Origin: Octopus bimaculoides
Lineage: Eukaryota
Assembly: GCF_001194135.2 (NCBI RefSeq)
Contig: NC_068982.1
Coordinates: forward strand, 181,507,054 to 181,549,759
Direction of reading: 5' to 3'
Length of the DNA stretch: 42,706 bases
Shown here: in pieces, positions 1 through 12,720 of the stretch
Numbering within the stretch: the stretch's first letter is position 1
How the letters are laid out: each line of letters starts with the position of its first letter
Notes under the pieces: generated by a model
Told to the model about the DNA's origin: nothing
What the model saw: only the letters and a program-made list of their open reading frames with translations
Database searches by the model: none
Program-made: the position numbers and the translations under genes

Positions 1-524
1 TATATATATGTATATACATACATGAGATCTGATCGATAGATTTATTTCACGAGCAATACTTAAGGTATGTTAGTATATTTTTTTTTTAACCATTTGACAT
101 CCTTCGTGTTACGGCCGTCCCGCTGCCTTCCTGATGTGCTATAAATTTCAGTACGAAAGAAATGATGCATACTTGTGTGTGTGAATATACGTTCTCTGCA
201 TTATGAAATAAAATTGCTTATCCACAAATGAATGCAAATGTAGCAAGTTATCTCATCAAATTACCAGAATAACATAGTTACACGGATGCAAGATGTCTGA
301 TGAGCTAGCTTACAATATTTTTATAGGTCTGTGAATATACGGTTATATTGTATAATGGCGAGCACAGTCATTGAAGCGAAAAGGTGGGGGCGTAATTCCA
401 TCCTCACTGAAACCATTCCTATAAGAAGATTCCCGCGTAACGGCCGTTACCCTAAGAACATCCAGTGATTTAATAAATGTAACCATCTCTTATAACTCCT
501 GAATTTTTATAATATAGTTATTCA

Positions 525-670
525 GTTTTCAGCTACCGAATCCACTCACGGGACTAGATCCACTCATGAGACTAGATTAGTAGAGTATAGGACTCTTATC
601 CAAAGCGCTATTCAGCAGGACCGAACCCGGAATCATGGGGTTGAGGTCCAACGTTTTATCCCACAGCCAT
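525..670 (-). mobile_element. tRNA-derived SINE, 5' head fragment (family A), degenerate
   Basis: The minus strand reads tggctgtggg...ccatgattccgggttcggtcc (A/B-box-like). It is homologous to 28690-28766 and 42425-42565 and contains an 18-bp tandem duplication (atccactcacgggactag/atccactcatgagactag). Confidence 0.65.
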
Positions 671-689
671 ATATCTATGTAGGTGTTTC

Positions 690-790
690 ACACAATCGCT
701 TGACAACCGATTTTTTTCGTTCTCCTTAAGTCCCTCTATGCTAGCGGTTCGGCAACATGTTCCGATTGAATAAGTGCCAGCCTTAAACTT
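690..790 (+). mobile_element. SINE 3'-part fragment
   Basis: cgcttgacaaccga...tagcggttcggcaa...gaataagt is homologous to 24805-24900. Confidence 0.55.
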
Positions 791-1127
791 TCAAGATGGT
801 GACCTAACATGTCCGCAGCCAAAATACTGGAATAACTATAACATTTATGGGTGTGCCTGTCATATACATAGCATACCATATACAGATATATTTATTTATG
901 GGTGTGTCAGTTTGCATACATGTATGGTTCTGTGCTTCGTACATATGCTTACGCTGGGTCACAGAGGTATTCGAAACGTTAGGTCGGTGAGACGAAGCGA
1001 AGGATAACTAATGTTTGTCAGATCATGTTTAAGAGAGTAGACAGCGCTGCTCAGTCAACATGCTGGTAACACATTTTCCGAGGATTACTGCCTTGAACAT
1101 GAGTCGTAAAAGAACATGTTTACGGAA

Positions 1128-1194
1128 GTATTCATTGTGGAAAAGCTAACAATAACAACAACAACAACAACAACAACAGCAACACCAACAACAA

Positions 1195-1285
<91 letters not shown>
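1128..1285. repeat. compound trinucleotide microsatellite (ACA)n-(CTA)n-(ATA)n
   Basis: Directly visible; it produces the spurious poly-T/L/I ORF 1116-1319. Confidence 0.98.
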
Positions 1286-1329
1286 GCTTTTGTGCGCATT
1301 AAAATGTTCTCTGACTTAATTTTCTGTAG

Positions 1330-1342
1330 CCTCCTGCATCAG
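1330..1342 (+). CDS. candidate 13-nt microexon of an unidentified host gene
   Basis: ctgacttaattttctgtag|CCTCCTGCATCAG|gtgaga: branch-like sequence, pyrimidine tract, and near-consensus acceptor and donor. There is no homology support. Confidence 0.25.
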
Positions 1343-2213
1343 GTGAGATATTTTACCGAAGTTTTGCGTCAGTCTTTCTTTGGCATCCTACTAAAGCTCA
1401 GCAAAGATAGTGGTACTGAGGAATCCTCATATCTAACGCCAACATAAGGCTTCAGTCCACCAGGGCCGAACAAAATAATGTAGTAGCATCTTCAATAAAA
1501 ATCAGCATTCAGATATCGGACTTTGCCGCAACCGCTGTGGCCTCCGTTAGTGATGCCTCTGTTTACTGTAAACTTGCGAGATACATAGGTGTGGGGTTGC
1601 TATCGGAAGCGGATGCAAATAATTATACCTACCTGTATCAATCTAATTGGAAATTGCAGGAGTGATGCAGACGGTAATTGCAGTAAAGTTTGGTGCCTTC
1701 CCAGACTTATTTGCGTATATAATGATAAAACGATAAAATGCCACTCATATACCTAGTATTTATAATTTGATACTAGTAAATATACCTACTGTAGTTAGCC
1801 TACGATGGTGCCTCAGTGTCTTTGGTCGATATTCTAAAAATAACTACAATAAATACTCACAAACCATATACCACTACTTTCAATAAAGAACTACACTTCA
1901 GATAATACAGTCCCCAACAACTGAAATGTCTTTGATCGTTGTGTGTTCAATGAGGGCCGAATTGGGCTGATAAGCAACGGCAACGACAACTATGTTTAAA
2001 TAATACAATGTGGTCTTCAGAATGGCATATCGAATTGTCAATAATGGCCGGCTTTTGTCAGGAGTTAAACAATACATTAAAAACGAAAGGATACTTGACG
2101 TAGAATAGAAAGACGTATGTATTAGAGATTTACGACGCTATTCACAACGAACAGATTAAAAACATTTCATCTATTAACAATTATGTTTTATATTCCTATT
2201 GTATGCATTGTAG

Positions 2214-2292
2214 CCTTTGAAAGGATTTTCCCTGGAACTTCCATCAAAATGAACAATCACTTCAAATACAGAATAGAATATTGTGAAGATAG
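2214..2292 (+). CDS. candidate 79-nt exon, (A)FERIFPGTSIKMNNHFKYRIEYCED(R)
   Basis: gcattgtag|CC...GATAG|gttttg. Only one frame is open (phase 1 to 2) and the donor is weak. Confidence 0.28.
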
Positions 2293-2548
2293 GTTTTGTT
2301 TCTTTGCTTCAGCATTAATTTATGTCATCTTTATCTATATATTTAATCACACGCATCCATACCAACACACACAAATATATGCAGAGACACAAATATGCAT
2401 ACTGTATGTATTTGTGTCTGCATACTTAATTCATCACCAAGAATGTCTTAAGCCTACAACTTCTCATTTCTCTTGTCTATGTTCATATTTAAACATTTTT
2501 CTCCTTTCATCTTTTGAAATTAAAGAAGTACTTTTTGTCCAGAGATGC

Positions 2549-2549
<1 letters not shown>

Positions 2550-2617
<68 letters not shown>

Positions 2618-2618
2618 A

Positions 2619-2661
<43 letters not shown>
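2550..2661. repeat. (ATCT)n microsatellite
   Basis: Directly visible. Confidence 0.98.
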
Positions 2662-2832
2662 AATCGATATATCTCTATAGATACAACCCTCTAAAATCGC
2701 ACATCCTACGTGAACATATGTTATTAAGTTATTTATCTTTGTTTTGTCCCGTCCCTGCCCCCACTTTCTCTCACGCGCTCCCTCTCTGTCTGTCTCTGTC
2801 GCCGTCTCTCTCTTTCTCGCTATATATGTAAA

Positions 2833-3197
2833 NNNNNNNNNNNNNNNNNNNNNNNNNNNNNNNNNNNNNNNNNNNNNNNNNNNNNNNNNNNNNNNNNNNN
2901 NNNNNNNNNNNNNNNNNNNNNNNNNNNNNNNNNNNNNNNNNNNNNNNNNNNNNNNNNNNNNNNNNNNNNNNNNNNNNNNNNNNNNNNNNNNNNNNNNNNN
3001 NNNNNNNNNNNNNNNNNNNNNNNNNNNNNNNNNNNNNNNNNNNNNNNNNNNNNNNNNNNNNNNNNNNNNNNNNNNNNNNNNNNNNNNNNNNNNNNNNNNN
3101 NNNNNNNNNNNNNNNNNNNNNNNNNNNNNNNNNNNNNNNNNNNNNNNNNNNNNNNNNNNNNNNNNNNNNNNNNNNNNNNNNNNNNNNNNNNNNNNNN
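2833..3197. other. assembly gap
   Basis: N run flanked by TA-rich repeat. Confidence 1.
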
Positions 3198-3243
<46 letters not shown>

Positions 3244-3717
3244 TCATACATATGTGTGTGCATAAGTGCACATTTATGTACATGTAACTAGTTATGTGTG
3301 TATGTGTGTTTATAGCATTCTATGTCAATGTGATTCATTATATACTATAGCAAGTAATACTTTTGACAAGCCAACAATGAAGCATAATGTCTGAGAAGAT
3401 TCGATATGGCTTATTGTGTTTTAAAACATAATTACTGATAATAGATCTACTGCGTACTTTGAACTGAGCTAAGTTACATGAATGAATACTAAATTACCCA
3501 ATACAAATAATGATATTGAACGCTAAGAGTAGTCTGTGTTCCAATATGCACAATCTTGATAATATCTCCGCCAAAATAAATATGTAAATACATGTAACAA
3601 GTTACATAAATATAACACAGTGCATGCAGACGTACGTATGTACATAGACATATGTGTGAGTGAGTGTGGGTGTTTGTGTATATATATATATGACTATATA
3701 TATGTATATAAATGCAT

Positions 3718-3718
3718 G

Positions 3719-3796
<78 letters not shown>
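3718..3796. repeat. compound (TA)(TG)(AG) microsatellite
   Basis: Directly visible. Confidence 0.97.
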
Positions 3797-3853
3797 TTCT
3801 TGGGCGCGCACATACACTCGCTCATATAATAAAGTAAGTTTCTGTTGAATAAG

Positions 3854-3964
3854 GTACTTAAATGTATGGCAGCAGGTTAGGTCAGAATTAGAACGCATAC
3901 ACAGCAACTACATTCGAATATCAACATTGCTAAAGAAGTACTGGCAGAAGGATATTCATGTTAT
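3854..3964 (+). CDS. candidate 111-nt symmetric exon, YLNVWQQVRSELERIHSNYIRISTLLKKYWQKDIHV
   Basis: tttctgttgaataag|G...GTTAT|gtaagc. A single frame is open (phase 2 to 2) and the composition is protein-like, but the AAG acceptor is atypical. Confidence 0.3.
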
Positions 3965-4891
3965 GTAAGCAATTAATTGAACCCAACCGTGTATATCATC
4001 TAGAACGAATGTTGTATTAAATACATGGTCCGAAAGATACTTCGGAAACTGCAAGATACAGATTCTGAGAGAGGTGAATTATAAATAAATACATAAATAA
4101 ATTAATAAATAAATATGACGATGGATAGCTGTCATTTCATTACAGCCGTTTCAAGCAATTTATTTAATTGATCTATGAGTACAGTATATCATTATAAAAA
4201 GCCGTTTCCTTCAGACGGATTGCATAGTTAAGGACATTAAAGAAAAATTCTATATCCACGGCACATACATATTTGGTGATTCCATGATCGACGTGTGTCG
4301 TTTGAATAACCTTGCTAAACCAATACAGAACACATTCAAATGGTTTACTAGGAGGGTGCATCACTATGACATATGTGGGTATGGTATATTTAATTTTTAT
4401 TGTTTTGAAGGAGCTTTGCTGGCATGTTGGTGAGGGGGAATCGATTTTAAATATTATAATACAAAACGTGGTGACATATAGGATAAGGCATACAGATAAT
4501 TTGAAGAAGGAACGTAAATATTCTATAACCTCATCAACGATCTTCTGTCATTCGAATCTCCTTGTCCCTTCTGTTCCATTTTGTTTTTCAAATATTGTGC
4601 ATTGAGTTGAACCTTAATTTCAAGCAAATGATATGCTCTAAAATATTCATTAAAGAGGTGTAATTGTTCATTCTCCATCGTGCTTTTCCAATATACACAG
4701 GGATTGTATGCGAAGTTTTCAGAAAGATTTACTATTAGAATGGGAGTTCAACTGCAATCGATTTATATATTTATATATATGAGTGTATGTGTGTATATGT
4801 ATATATATGTCATTTAGATACATAGCTACTATGAGGTGACCACAAGTGCGTACGTACGCCGCTATATATATATATATATATATATATATAT

Positions 4892-5070
4892 NNNNNNNNN
4901 NNNNNNNNNNNNNNNNNNNNNNNNNNNNNNNNNNNNNNNNNNNNNNNNNNNNNNNNNNNNNNNNNNNNNNNNNNNNNNNNNNNNNNNNNNNNNNNNNNNN
5001 NNNNNNNNNNNNNNNNNNNNNNNNNNNNNNNNNNNNNNNNNNNNNNNNNNNNNNNNNNNNNNNNNNNNNN
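4892..5070. other. assembly gap
   Basis: N run flanked by (TA)n. Confidence 1.
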
Positions 5071-5599
5071 NATATAACGGCGTACATACACACTTGTGCT
5101 CACCTCGTACTAGCGATGCATCTAAATTTTGTACGATTCTTACTCTATCCTTTATTCCCCCTCTCATTTCCCTTCTCTTTTCTCATTCCCCCGTGTGTTT
5201 CTTTGCCTGACTGCCGACCTCCAACACTTCTTAAGTCCATCTCTTATGTTCCTTCGTTTAGGCTTTCATTTCATAAACGCTAGCTCAATTTGATTCGTTC
5301 TCAGTTAAACGACACATGCTGTTATTTCTTGTTGTTTGTATTCGTAATTGTGTACCATGTTCTCCGTTTTTGTTTCGTTTGTTTGTTTTGTTTTACTTGT
5401 CTTTATTGCTGTACACATTCGCAAGCTTTCTTAGAAAGGCGTCTAATGTTCTTAGCTTAGACATTTTGGAGGACAGCTAGATCCAACCATCTTAAGTGTA
5501 ACGGCGCGAAATTGTCGTGACTTCTGGAACTTGACTGAGGAAAGAAAGTCACGAACGACCCGTCTTTTTTTTGCCTGTCCTTCTAATTGTTCTTTCTCT

Positions 5600-5800
5600 N
5601 NNNNNNNNNNNNNNNNNNNNNNNNNNNNNNNNNNNNNNNNNNNNNNNNNNNNNNNNNNNNNNNNNNNNNNNNNNNNNNNNNNNNNNNNNNNNNNNNNNNN
5701 NNNNNNNNNNNNNNNNNNNNNNNNNNNNNNNNNNNNNNNNNNNNNNNNNNNNNNNNNNNNNNNNNNNNNNNNNNNNNNNNNNNNNNNNNNNNNNNNNNNN
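5600..5800. other. assembly gap
   Basis: N run. Confidence 1.
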
Positions 5801-6000
5801 ATATATATATATATATATATATATATAAACATGTGCGTGTGCGTACTTATGTATGTATGTATGTATGTATACATGCATGTATGTGTATAATACAGATCCC
5901 GTGTGGTCTGAATAGAAGATGTGATTGCGGATTATCTGTAGAAAGTTTCAGAATAAGCAGCGAAATACATAATTTCTAAAGTAACCATTTACCTATGTGA

Positions 6001-6320
6001 AGGCGCATGACTCAGTGGTTAGAACGTCATCGTTACAACCGTGAGGTTGTGAGTATGAATCTCGGACCGGGCTGCGTGTTGTGTTCTTGAGCAAGATACT
6101 TTATTTCACGTTGCTCCAGTTCACTCAGCTGTAGAAATGAGTTGCGACATCAATGGTGCCAAGCTGTATCGGCTTCTTTGCCTTTCGGTGGCGTGGAGAG
6201 TGGAGGCTGGTATGCATGGGTTACTGCTGGTCTTCCACAAACAACCTTGCCCAGACTTGTGCCTAAGAGGGCAACTTTCTAGGTGCAATCCCATGGTCAT
6301 TCGTGACCGAAGGGGGTCTC
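6001..6320 (+). mobile_element. tRNA-derived SINE (family B), near full length
   Basis: A-box-like gactcagtggttag, B-box-like gagtatgaatc, then the body gtgttcttgagcaagatactttatttcacgttgctccagttcactcagctg. It is homologous to 7150-7360, 23420-23480 and the head of 38990-39285. Confidence 0.8.
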
Positions 6321-6712
6321 CCTTTACCTATACAAGTTGTATTTTTTTTTTAATATTCTATATCTATTAATTCATTCAATATTGTTTTAATAGTGAGTTT
6401 CTTTAAATAAGGCCAAAGTATATTGCAATATATTTTCGTCACTTTGAGAACCACGCTATATAACACGGCCACAGTAAACGATAGTTTGAATATATATTGC
6501 GTTTAATTGTATTGCTGCATGAAGAATTTCAATAATACTGTATCATTTCTTGAATTCGGTAGATCTGTATTAAATTTATGATTATGCTGCACATATATAT
6601 TTAGGATTGCCACCTATTTAAATGAATAAATGATGTTTAAATATATAACTCTTAATCACCAGGTTGTAACAATATTTACTTCAAGGCATTTCTCATTTCT
6701 CCTCTTAACCAG

Positions 6713-6734
6713 CTGTTGCTATACTTTAAGACAG
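6713..6734 (+). CDS. candidate 22-nt microexon ((I)CCYTLRQ or LLLYFKT)
   Basis: ctcatttctcctcttaaccag|CTGTTGCTATACTTTAAGACAG|gtaata: strong acceptor and donor. Confidence 0.3.
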
Positions 6735-7149
6735 GTAATATTAATTCAAAATGTTATAATATCGGTTTAACTTTATATTCAATGGTAAAACACAATTGTT
6801 TTAGGAAGAATTATTTATGAATATAGAAGAGAAATAACTAGCTTGGCTACGTGATATGTCACTTCGCCACTACAGTATTTCAGTAACGATACAAAGGCGA
6901 TACACTCGCAATATGAATAATAGAATGACATAAATTTCGTAGATTATAAGATATAGAAGCTGAAGCTCACTTTTTTTCCACAATCCTTGAAATGCTTATT
7001 TGTATGCATGTAAAATTCATATATCCATGCTGAAAGCGCAGATTCACTTTCTTGAAGTAACCCTATATTTTACAAAAAAGATAATACGTTTCTTTCTTTT
7101 TTTTAGAACAGAAAAATTAAAGGCTACTATCTCGAGTCATGTCGAATCA

Positions 7150-7360
7150 TAAGGGCCAGTTTCCTGGTTCTACAGCGTATAAATTTCATACCTGGACGGG
7201 ACGCCGATCCGTCGCAGGATTACCCATGTGTACCTGCTGAGTAGACTGGAGCTACGTGACCTGAAAGTATTTTACTCAAGAAAACAACGCGTCATCCAAT
7301 TCAGGAATCGAAACAACAATCTTACAGTCCAACGCCCTTAACACGAAGCAACGCAATATG
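7150..7360 (-). mobile_element. tRNA-derived SINE (family B related)
   Basis: The reverse complement gives gcgttgttttcttgagtaaaatactttcaggtcacgtagctccagtctactcagc, matching 6075-6130. Confidence 0.7.
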
Positions 7361-9364
7361 TCCCTTTGCCTTCACAATATGCTCCTTTTCATCAGTGCAT
7401 GTAAATATTGTCACGCTCAAGAGTTATAAATTCATATTTACAAGTTAAATTTCCGTCAGATTTGTCCAGAATATGTTCACAAATATTTTCAATGAGATTC
7501 TAATCTATATCCTGGAATATCCAGAACATAATTATCACGCCTTCACAAGTGATGAATTATTTGCGCCTTGCTCAATAGAGTCTCATTTTTTGCAAGTTCT
7601 AATATCCGATTAAATATCGATAATTGTCCACAAAGACAGGTGTTTATTTCACTAAACTTGTGATATTCGTAGGGAGCAAGATCGGAGTTGCATGGTAGAT
7701 GGTTAACATCCGAACTGAAAAAAATTACTAATTGTCTGAATTGTTGCCAAAATGTGTGTGGCTATACGTATTCATGTTGAATGTAGATTATTTTCAGATT
7801 ATTGCTGTGTTTCTTCCTCTGATTTTTTACATATTTTCTAGAACATGTAAAAGAAGGTAGATATTCGAAAAGTGTACGCTCATGTGAGCATCTGTGTATA
7901 TATTCTTTAGGCACACATAGATGATTATATGTATGTAATTATCTTGCATAACATCAAATGACATTATGCAATATATTTACCAACTCCACACTACATACAA
8001 TCAAGTGGTGACTCGTATAGAAATGCATGCCATATGTTAATGAATCGAAAAATGCAACATATGTAAAACTGAAAGATCGCATATTTTTCGATCTAAGAAT
8101 TTCACTGCACTACCTAATTCTAGATCCGAAATTTTCAGCAAATATATAGACAATTTTGTTTTTGTGAAACCTGAGTACACTACATACTTCGGGTTGAGCA
8201 GCTGTCGGGCAGACTTTGGACACCACTCTGTTGCATTATGCTACAACAGCTAGCGTAATTATAGGGGATATAACTATAAGTTTCTTTTCTGTTCTTTTGT
8301 TTTCAATTTTGTTCAACCTTCTACATTTCGCAACTACCTCCTCGTTTTTTCTTGTGGTTTCTCTTGTACCCACGAACTGATTTGAAAATTGAATAGGCCA
8401 TGTACTCAGAACCCGAAAGTTGCTTGGAGACACAAGACATATAAAATCCTGTTTAGACCAGCGTTTCCAAACAAGACATTATTAGTAGCTCGAATATTTA
8501 TACTGAGTATATAAAATGTAGTCAGGATTTTATTTACGCCATTCCCTAATTTGGTATTTTTATTCGCGTACAGAGCAAATCCATCTATTATCCGTCAACT
8601 ATAAATTTTTTCAGCTTTTTTATCTACAAATTCTGTAATGATTTGTAAGGTATCTTCCAGTCAGAAAAAGCTGTACGCGATTACATAATCTGCAAGAAAT
8701 AGCAGTGAAATCTCCCACGTGTTAGCTATTTGTCATTGCAAATATATTTTAGCCAATATGTCCATTAGATATATAGCTCATGAATAATAGATCCTATTAC
8801 CATAGCAGTAGCATTTCATTGTTTCGAAAATAAAACTATTCTCTTATTGTAAAATCAGTGGGTAATCTACTTATCTTGTGTTCAACATACGAAATACTGT
8901 AGTTTCAGGAAGGCATGTATAGAAGATTATGATTAATGAACTTCTTTTGAATCAATTGCTTCTTTGTGTTGAAATGTTTCATAATTGCACTTGTTGGCAG
9001 GTGTTATACAACATCTCGCGCAAGTTACATTAACATAATGCATTGTCACCTTTCTTGAAATATTGTCTTGTTTGATTAATTATTAAACGACAAATGTTAC
9101 ACAAAATGTAAACACACATGCACACACTTATCGTATTCCACTAGACTAGTGTTTCTCTTGTTAATCTTTGAAAATATTACAGTTATATTACAAAAATTTG
9201 AAAAATATCAATTTATTTTCGAAATCTGATATCTTAATGACAATAAACATTAATAAGAATAAAAGCTACACGATACAACCGAATGAAACCAAACTACAAA
9301 TATAAAATAATGCAATGCTTTCTCGTTAAGTTACTTTATTCACTTTTATAAGTTAATCACTTTA

Positions 9365-10110
9365 GCTTGGCCGTCCTTCTGGACGCTACAATGATTTCAC
9401 GCGAGCACACCATCCATCAGGGTCTGCATGCATGTTCATAATTCGTCAAAAGTTGTCATTCCACTGTCCTGATGCTAGTTGTCCTCACAGGTTAGACTTT
9501 TCTTTCCCTGTTGCTTCTTCCTGCAACTGACTGTCATAAAACCAGTTGACGCACAGGTTCTTCTGGGTGCTTGATACAATGACCAGAAATTCGCATTTAT
9601 TGCTAAATCTTTTCAGACACTTTGAGTAGATTTTGATAAAGCTACTCGCTGGTTAAATGAGGTCTGCATGTAATATTCAGAGCTATTCTTAACATCTTTT
9701 TGTAGCAGCCGTCTGTTTCTTTTTCAAACTTTTTGCTGAGGGTCCAAATTTCAGCATCGTATAACAAAACTGACTCTACTTTTGGAGACAAACAACCTAG
9801 TTTCCAATTTAGGTGCCATCGTAGAACTCCAGATTTTATGTAGTTCGTGACACGTACTCCAAGCAAGTGACCACTGTACAGCAAAGTCTGTTTCACTTCT
9901 TTGCATCACAGTACCAATTCATTTTATGTTTTAATAACTTCCTTAGGTTCTGTTTCATTTATTGCAAAGAGGTGATTTGATTCTTCAGGATCTTGATCTG
10001 ACGTTTGGTATTCAATCTTATCTGAGTTACAGCACAAGTCAAACTTTGAAGCCTCGCGTTCTAGTCTGTTGATCACTTTCAGTGCCCGATGTAATAAATA
10101 ACTATAGCTA
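9365..10110 (-). mobile_element. RTE-type LINE, decayed RT C-terminal part
   Basis: Frameshifted peptides RLEREASKFDLCCNSDKIEY, LAWSTCHELHKIWSS, VESVLLYDAEIWTLSKKFEKETDGCYKKMLRIALNI and RISGHCIKHPEEPVRQLVL match the typical RTE-clade ORF C-terminus. Confidence 0.85.
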
Positions 10111-10984
10111 TTTTATAATAGATACTTGAAATTACAAAGCACTTTAGTTTAAAAAGTATAGACTATTCAATTAAGGCATCTTCTAACTAAAATCTTTTGA
10201 TGAAATACTTAAATCGGCTATTAAGAGTGTGGTGAATGAACATTGTTGATACGCAAAAGCCATAATCAATTGAAGACAGAAACATTATCAGGATTCTTTG
10301 ACCTTCTAAACATATGCTACAAAATTAATAACAATTGCCCTAAGGCAATACGTCAGCTGCTCAGTGGCTCTACAGAGGTTCATATGTAACGCATTGAATA
10401 TAGTTATGAGTTATTTCATGCAATGATCCCAAAACAAAATTCCGAAAGCTATACAGGACATCTATGCTAACAACACGTATTCCCATATTTTATCCATTAC
10501 ATTAAAGTGTAAAATGGAATCCATCTCTTATATGTTGATATTCTATTGCAGTAAAATTCAATGTCTTTATCTTAACTTACACATTTATTATGAATTACTT
10601 TAAACAACTGTATCGCATATACATTGTAATTAAATACTATTTCAATTACAAACCTGGTTAATCTCTTTTGAATATTAAAAATAGCCATTTAAAACAGCAT
10701 GATATCTTTTAAATTGTTTTTTAATTACACTGTATAATATACAACGTGGTCGAATATATAAATGACAAACGACAATTAACAAGATTCAACATATTGTTTG
10801 ATTTTCGAGTGGTTGATTGACTCACCTATTAGCTGTGATATCTCTTCTCATGCCAAACAGACAGATATATTCAAACAGATAATAGTTATACAAATTTCAA
10901 AAATAAAAGTTATTTTAATGAGTTTAATCAACTTATTAATAACTCAAGAAAATAAACAAGATTGGAATATCTAAAATGGAGATG

Positions 10985-10985
10985 A

Positions 10986-11037
<52 letters not shown>
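10985..11037. repeat. (TA)n microsatellite
   Basis: Directly visible. Confidence 0.97.
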
Positions 11038-11279
11038 TCAAAGTTGCCTTGAAGAATTGTGTTAAAAACATAGAATTCGTTTTATGGTTTATATAAAGGA
11101 CGCGGGAATATTTGCTGCAGCTGTAATATCGTTCATTTTCATGAATATTTGTTTTCCTTTTATTTCTATACGTATTTATGGAATATTCATTCTTTTAACA
11201 AAACTAAGTATTATCAGAAATATAGTTATTAATATTTCTAATTCTCTCTAAAGGAGACTACGGCAGCGTTACTGGAAAT

Positions 11280-11433
11280 TAGTTATTATCGCCAAGCCAA
11301 CATGGCAGTCCCAAAATTAGGACGAAAGTTGCCGTGAATTAGCTCCAAGAAGCCATCGCCTCTAGCTAGCTATGTGACACACAGCTTTCGTCCTAATTTT
11401 GGTACTGCCATGTTGGCTTGGCGATAACTACTA
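11280..11433. mobile_element. MITE-like element with ~52-bp near-perfect inverted arms
   Basis: The left arm tagttattatcgccaagccaacatggcagtcccaaaattaggacgaaagttg matches the reverse complement of the right arm tagtagttatcgccaagccaacatggcagtaccaaaattaggacgaaagctg, with a ~50-nt loop between them. Confidence 0.8.
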
Positions 11434-11524
11434 AGTATTATCAATTTATCGCTTTTAGATTTTACAGAGAGGTTCTATTGTTGTTGATTCTTGTGTAGAT
11501 TCACTACACCCGCATTGTCTATAT

Positions 11525-12720
11525 CTGTGGTTCCCAATCTTTTTCGGACTGCTGTTCCCTTCACACCCGAGCCACATTCCTACCCTCTTCCATCACCACA
11601 AAGAGGGACCTTTTCCTATCGCCCTTTAAAACAACTTCATTTTACCTGATTAATCCGTTATTTCCCTTCTTTTTAAATGTGAATAAGTAAATCTACATTT
11701 CACCTCTAACTTCGTTGTTTTCATATTTTGAATGTCATTGATGTACACAGTGCAGGATAATGAGCTTCTCAACTTCAGACTGACCAGAACTAACACATAG
11801 ACTTAGATAACCGCGTTCAGTAGTTGTCAGTATGTATCTTTCCTTAGAAAGAAGCTGGGCAACTGCACTGAAGCCGGGTTCTACTGAATAAGATTTTTGG
11901 AAAGTTAATTACGTACGCCTTGACTTAATTACACAGTGCAGGGTAGAAATATCCTCTAACAATGAAAAGGTCATTTTGATTGCAAGAGATCATGCTTTGT
12001 TTCAAACTTTGGCCTCAGCTCAGTATCATTTTACAGTGAAACATGTTCTTCCTCCACTAATTTGTTTCTTCATTTAATACATCTAAGGATCACCAGACAG
12101 CGTCTCTGCTGATCATCCATGTGTGAATGATGGAATTGAATCTCATTTTCAGGTGTGTACTTTTCATTCTCTAATTCATAAAGGCTCGGAAACCTGGGGA
12201 CGGATTACGTTAAACTTGAATAACTGTAACTTGAACAGAGACGTGGAGAGAGACGATAATTTTACTTTGTTAATGTTTAACCTCATTTCCTTGCTGTTGC
12301 AAATTAATCGCATTCGATTTGGGAACATATTTGGGAAATAAGCAATATCATGCTTAATATTTATTGGTTCATCTGAAAGATAAGTAGAGTCTTTCAAGAA
12401 TTCAATTATTGCTTTAGAAAAGGAACTTTTAAGCAGTTTGGCTTTCATAACCATCCAACATATGTATGTAACGACAAACTTTCAAAATCATTATTATTCT
12501 ATGTGCAAAGCTATTGATTTGAATGGAATTGAGAGCACATGCCTTGACCATATTCACTCTTGTGATAACAGTTTCCAACGATTTCCTAAATATATCACTT
12601 AGGTTATTGACAACCAGATGTTGCCTGTAGGTTATAGGAGTGCTCTTGAAACATGCTATAACCTGATGAAGCTTTGATGATAACCTCCCATCGCCGATGT
12701 CTCTTCTATAACTCAAACAA
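11525..12720 (-). mobile_element. hAT (Buster/Charlie-type, ZBED5/FAM200-like) transposase relic with one terminus
   Basis: Peptides LETVITRVNMVKACALNS, SLSLHTYVGWL, IIEFLKD...IAYFPNMF, EEEHVSL*NDTELRPKF and EPGFSAVAQLLSKERYILTTTERGYLSL (dimerisation domain). The terminus ctgtggttcccaatc at 11525 is preceded by the 8-mer gtcTAtat. Confidence 0.88.

Noticed and set aside
5461-5599. Open frame HFGGQLDPTILSVTARNCRDFWNLTEERK, phase-compatible with the 3854-3964 exon
   Set aside because: There is no convincing donor, the acceptor is weak, and the sequence looks like a dispersed repeat running into a gap.
8451-8472. gtttagac|cagcgtttccaaac, resembling a Buster TSD plus TIR
   Set aside because: No element body or partner end follows.
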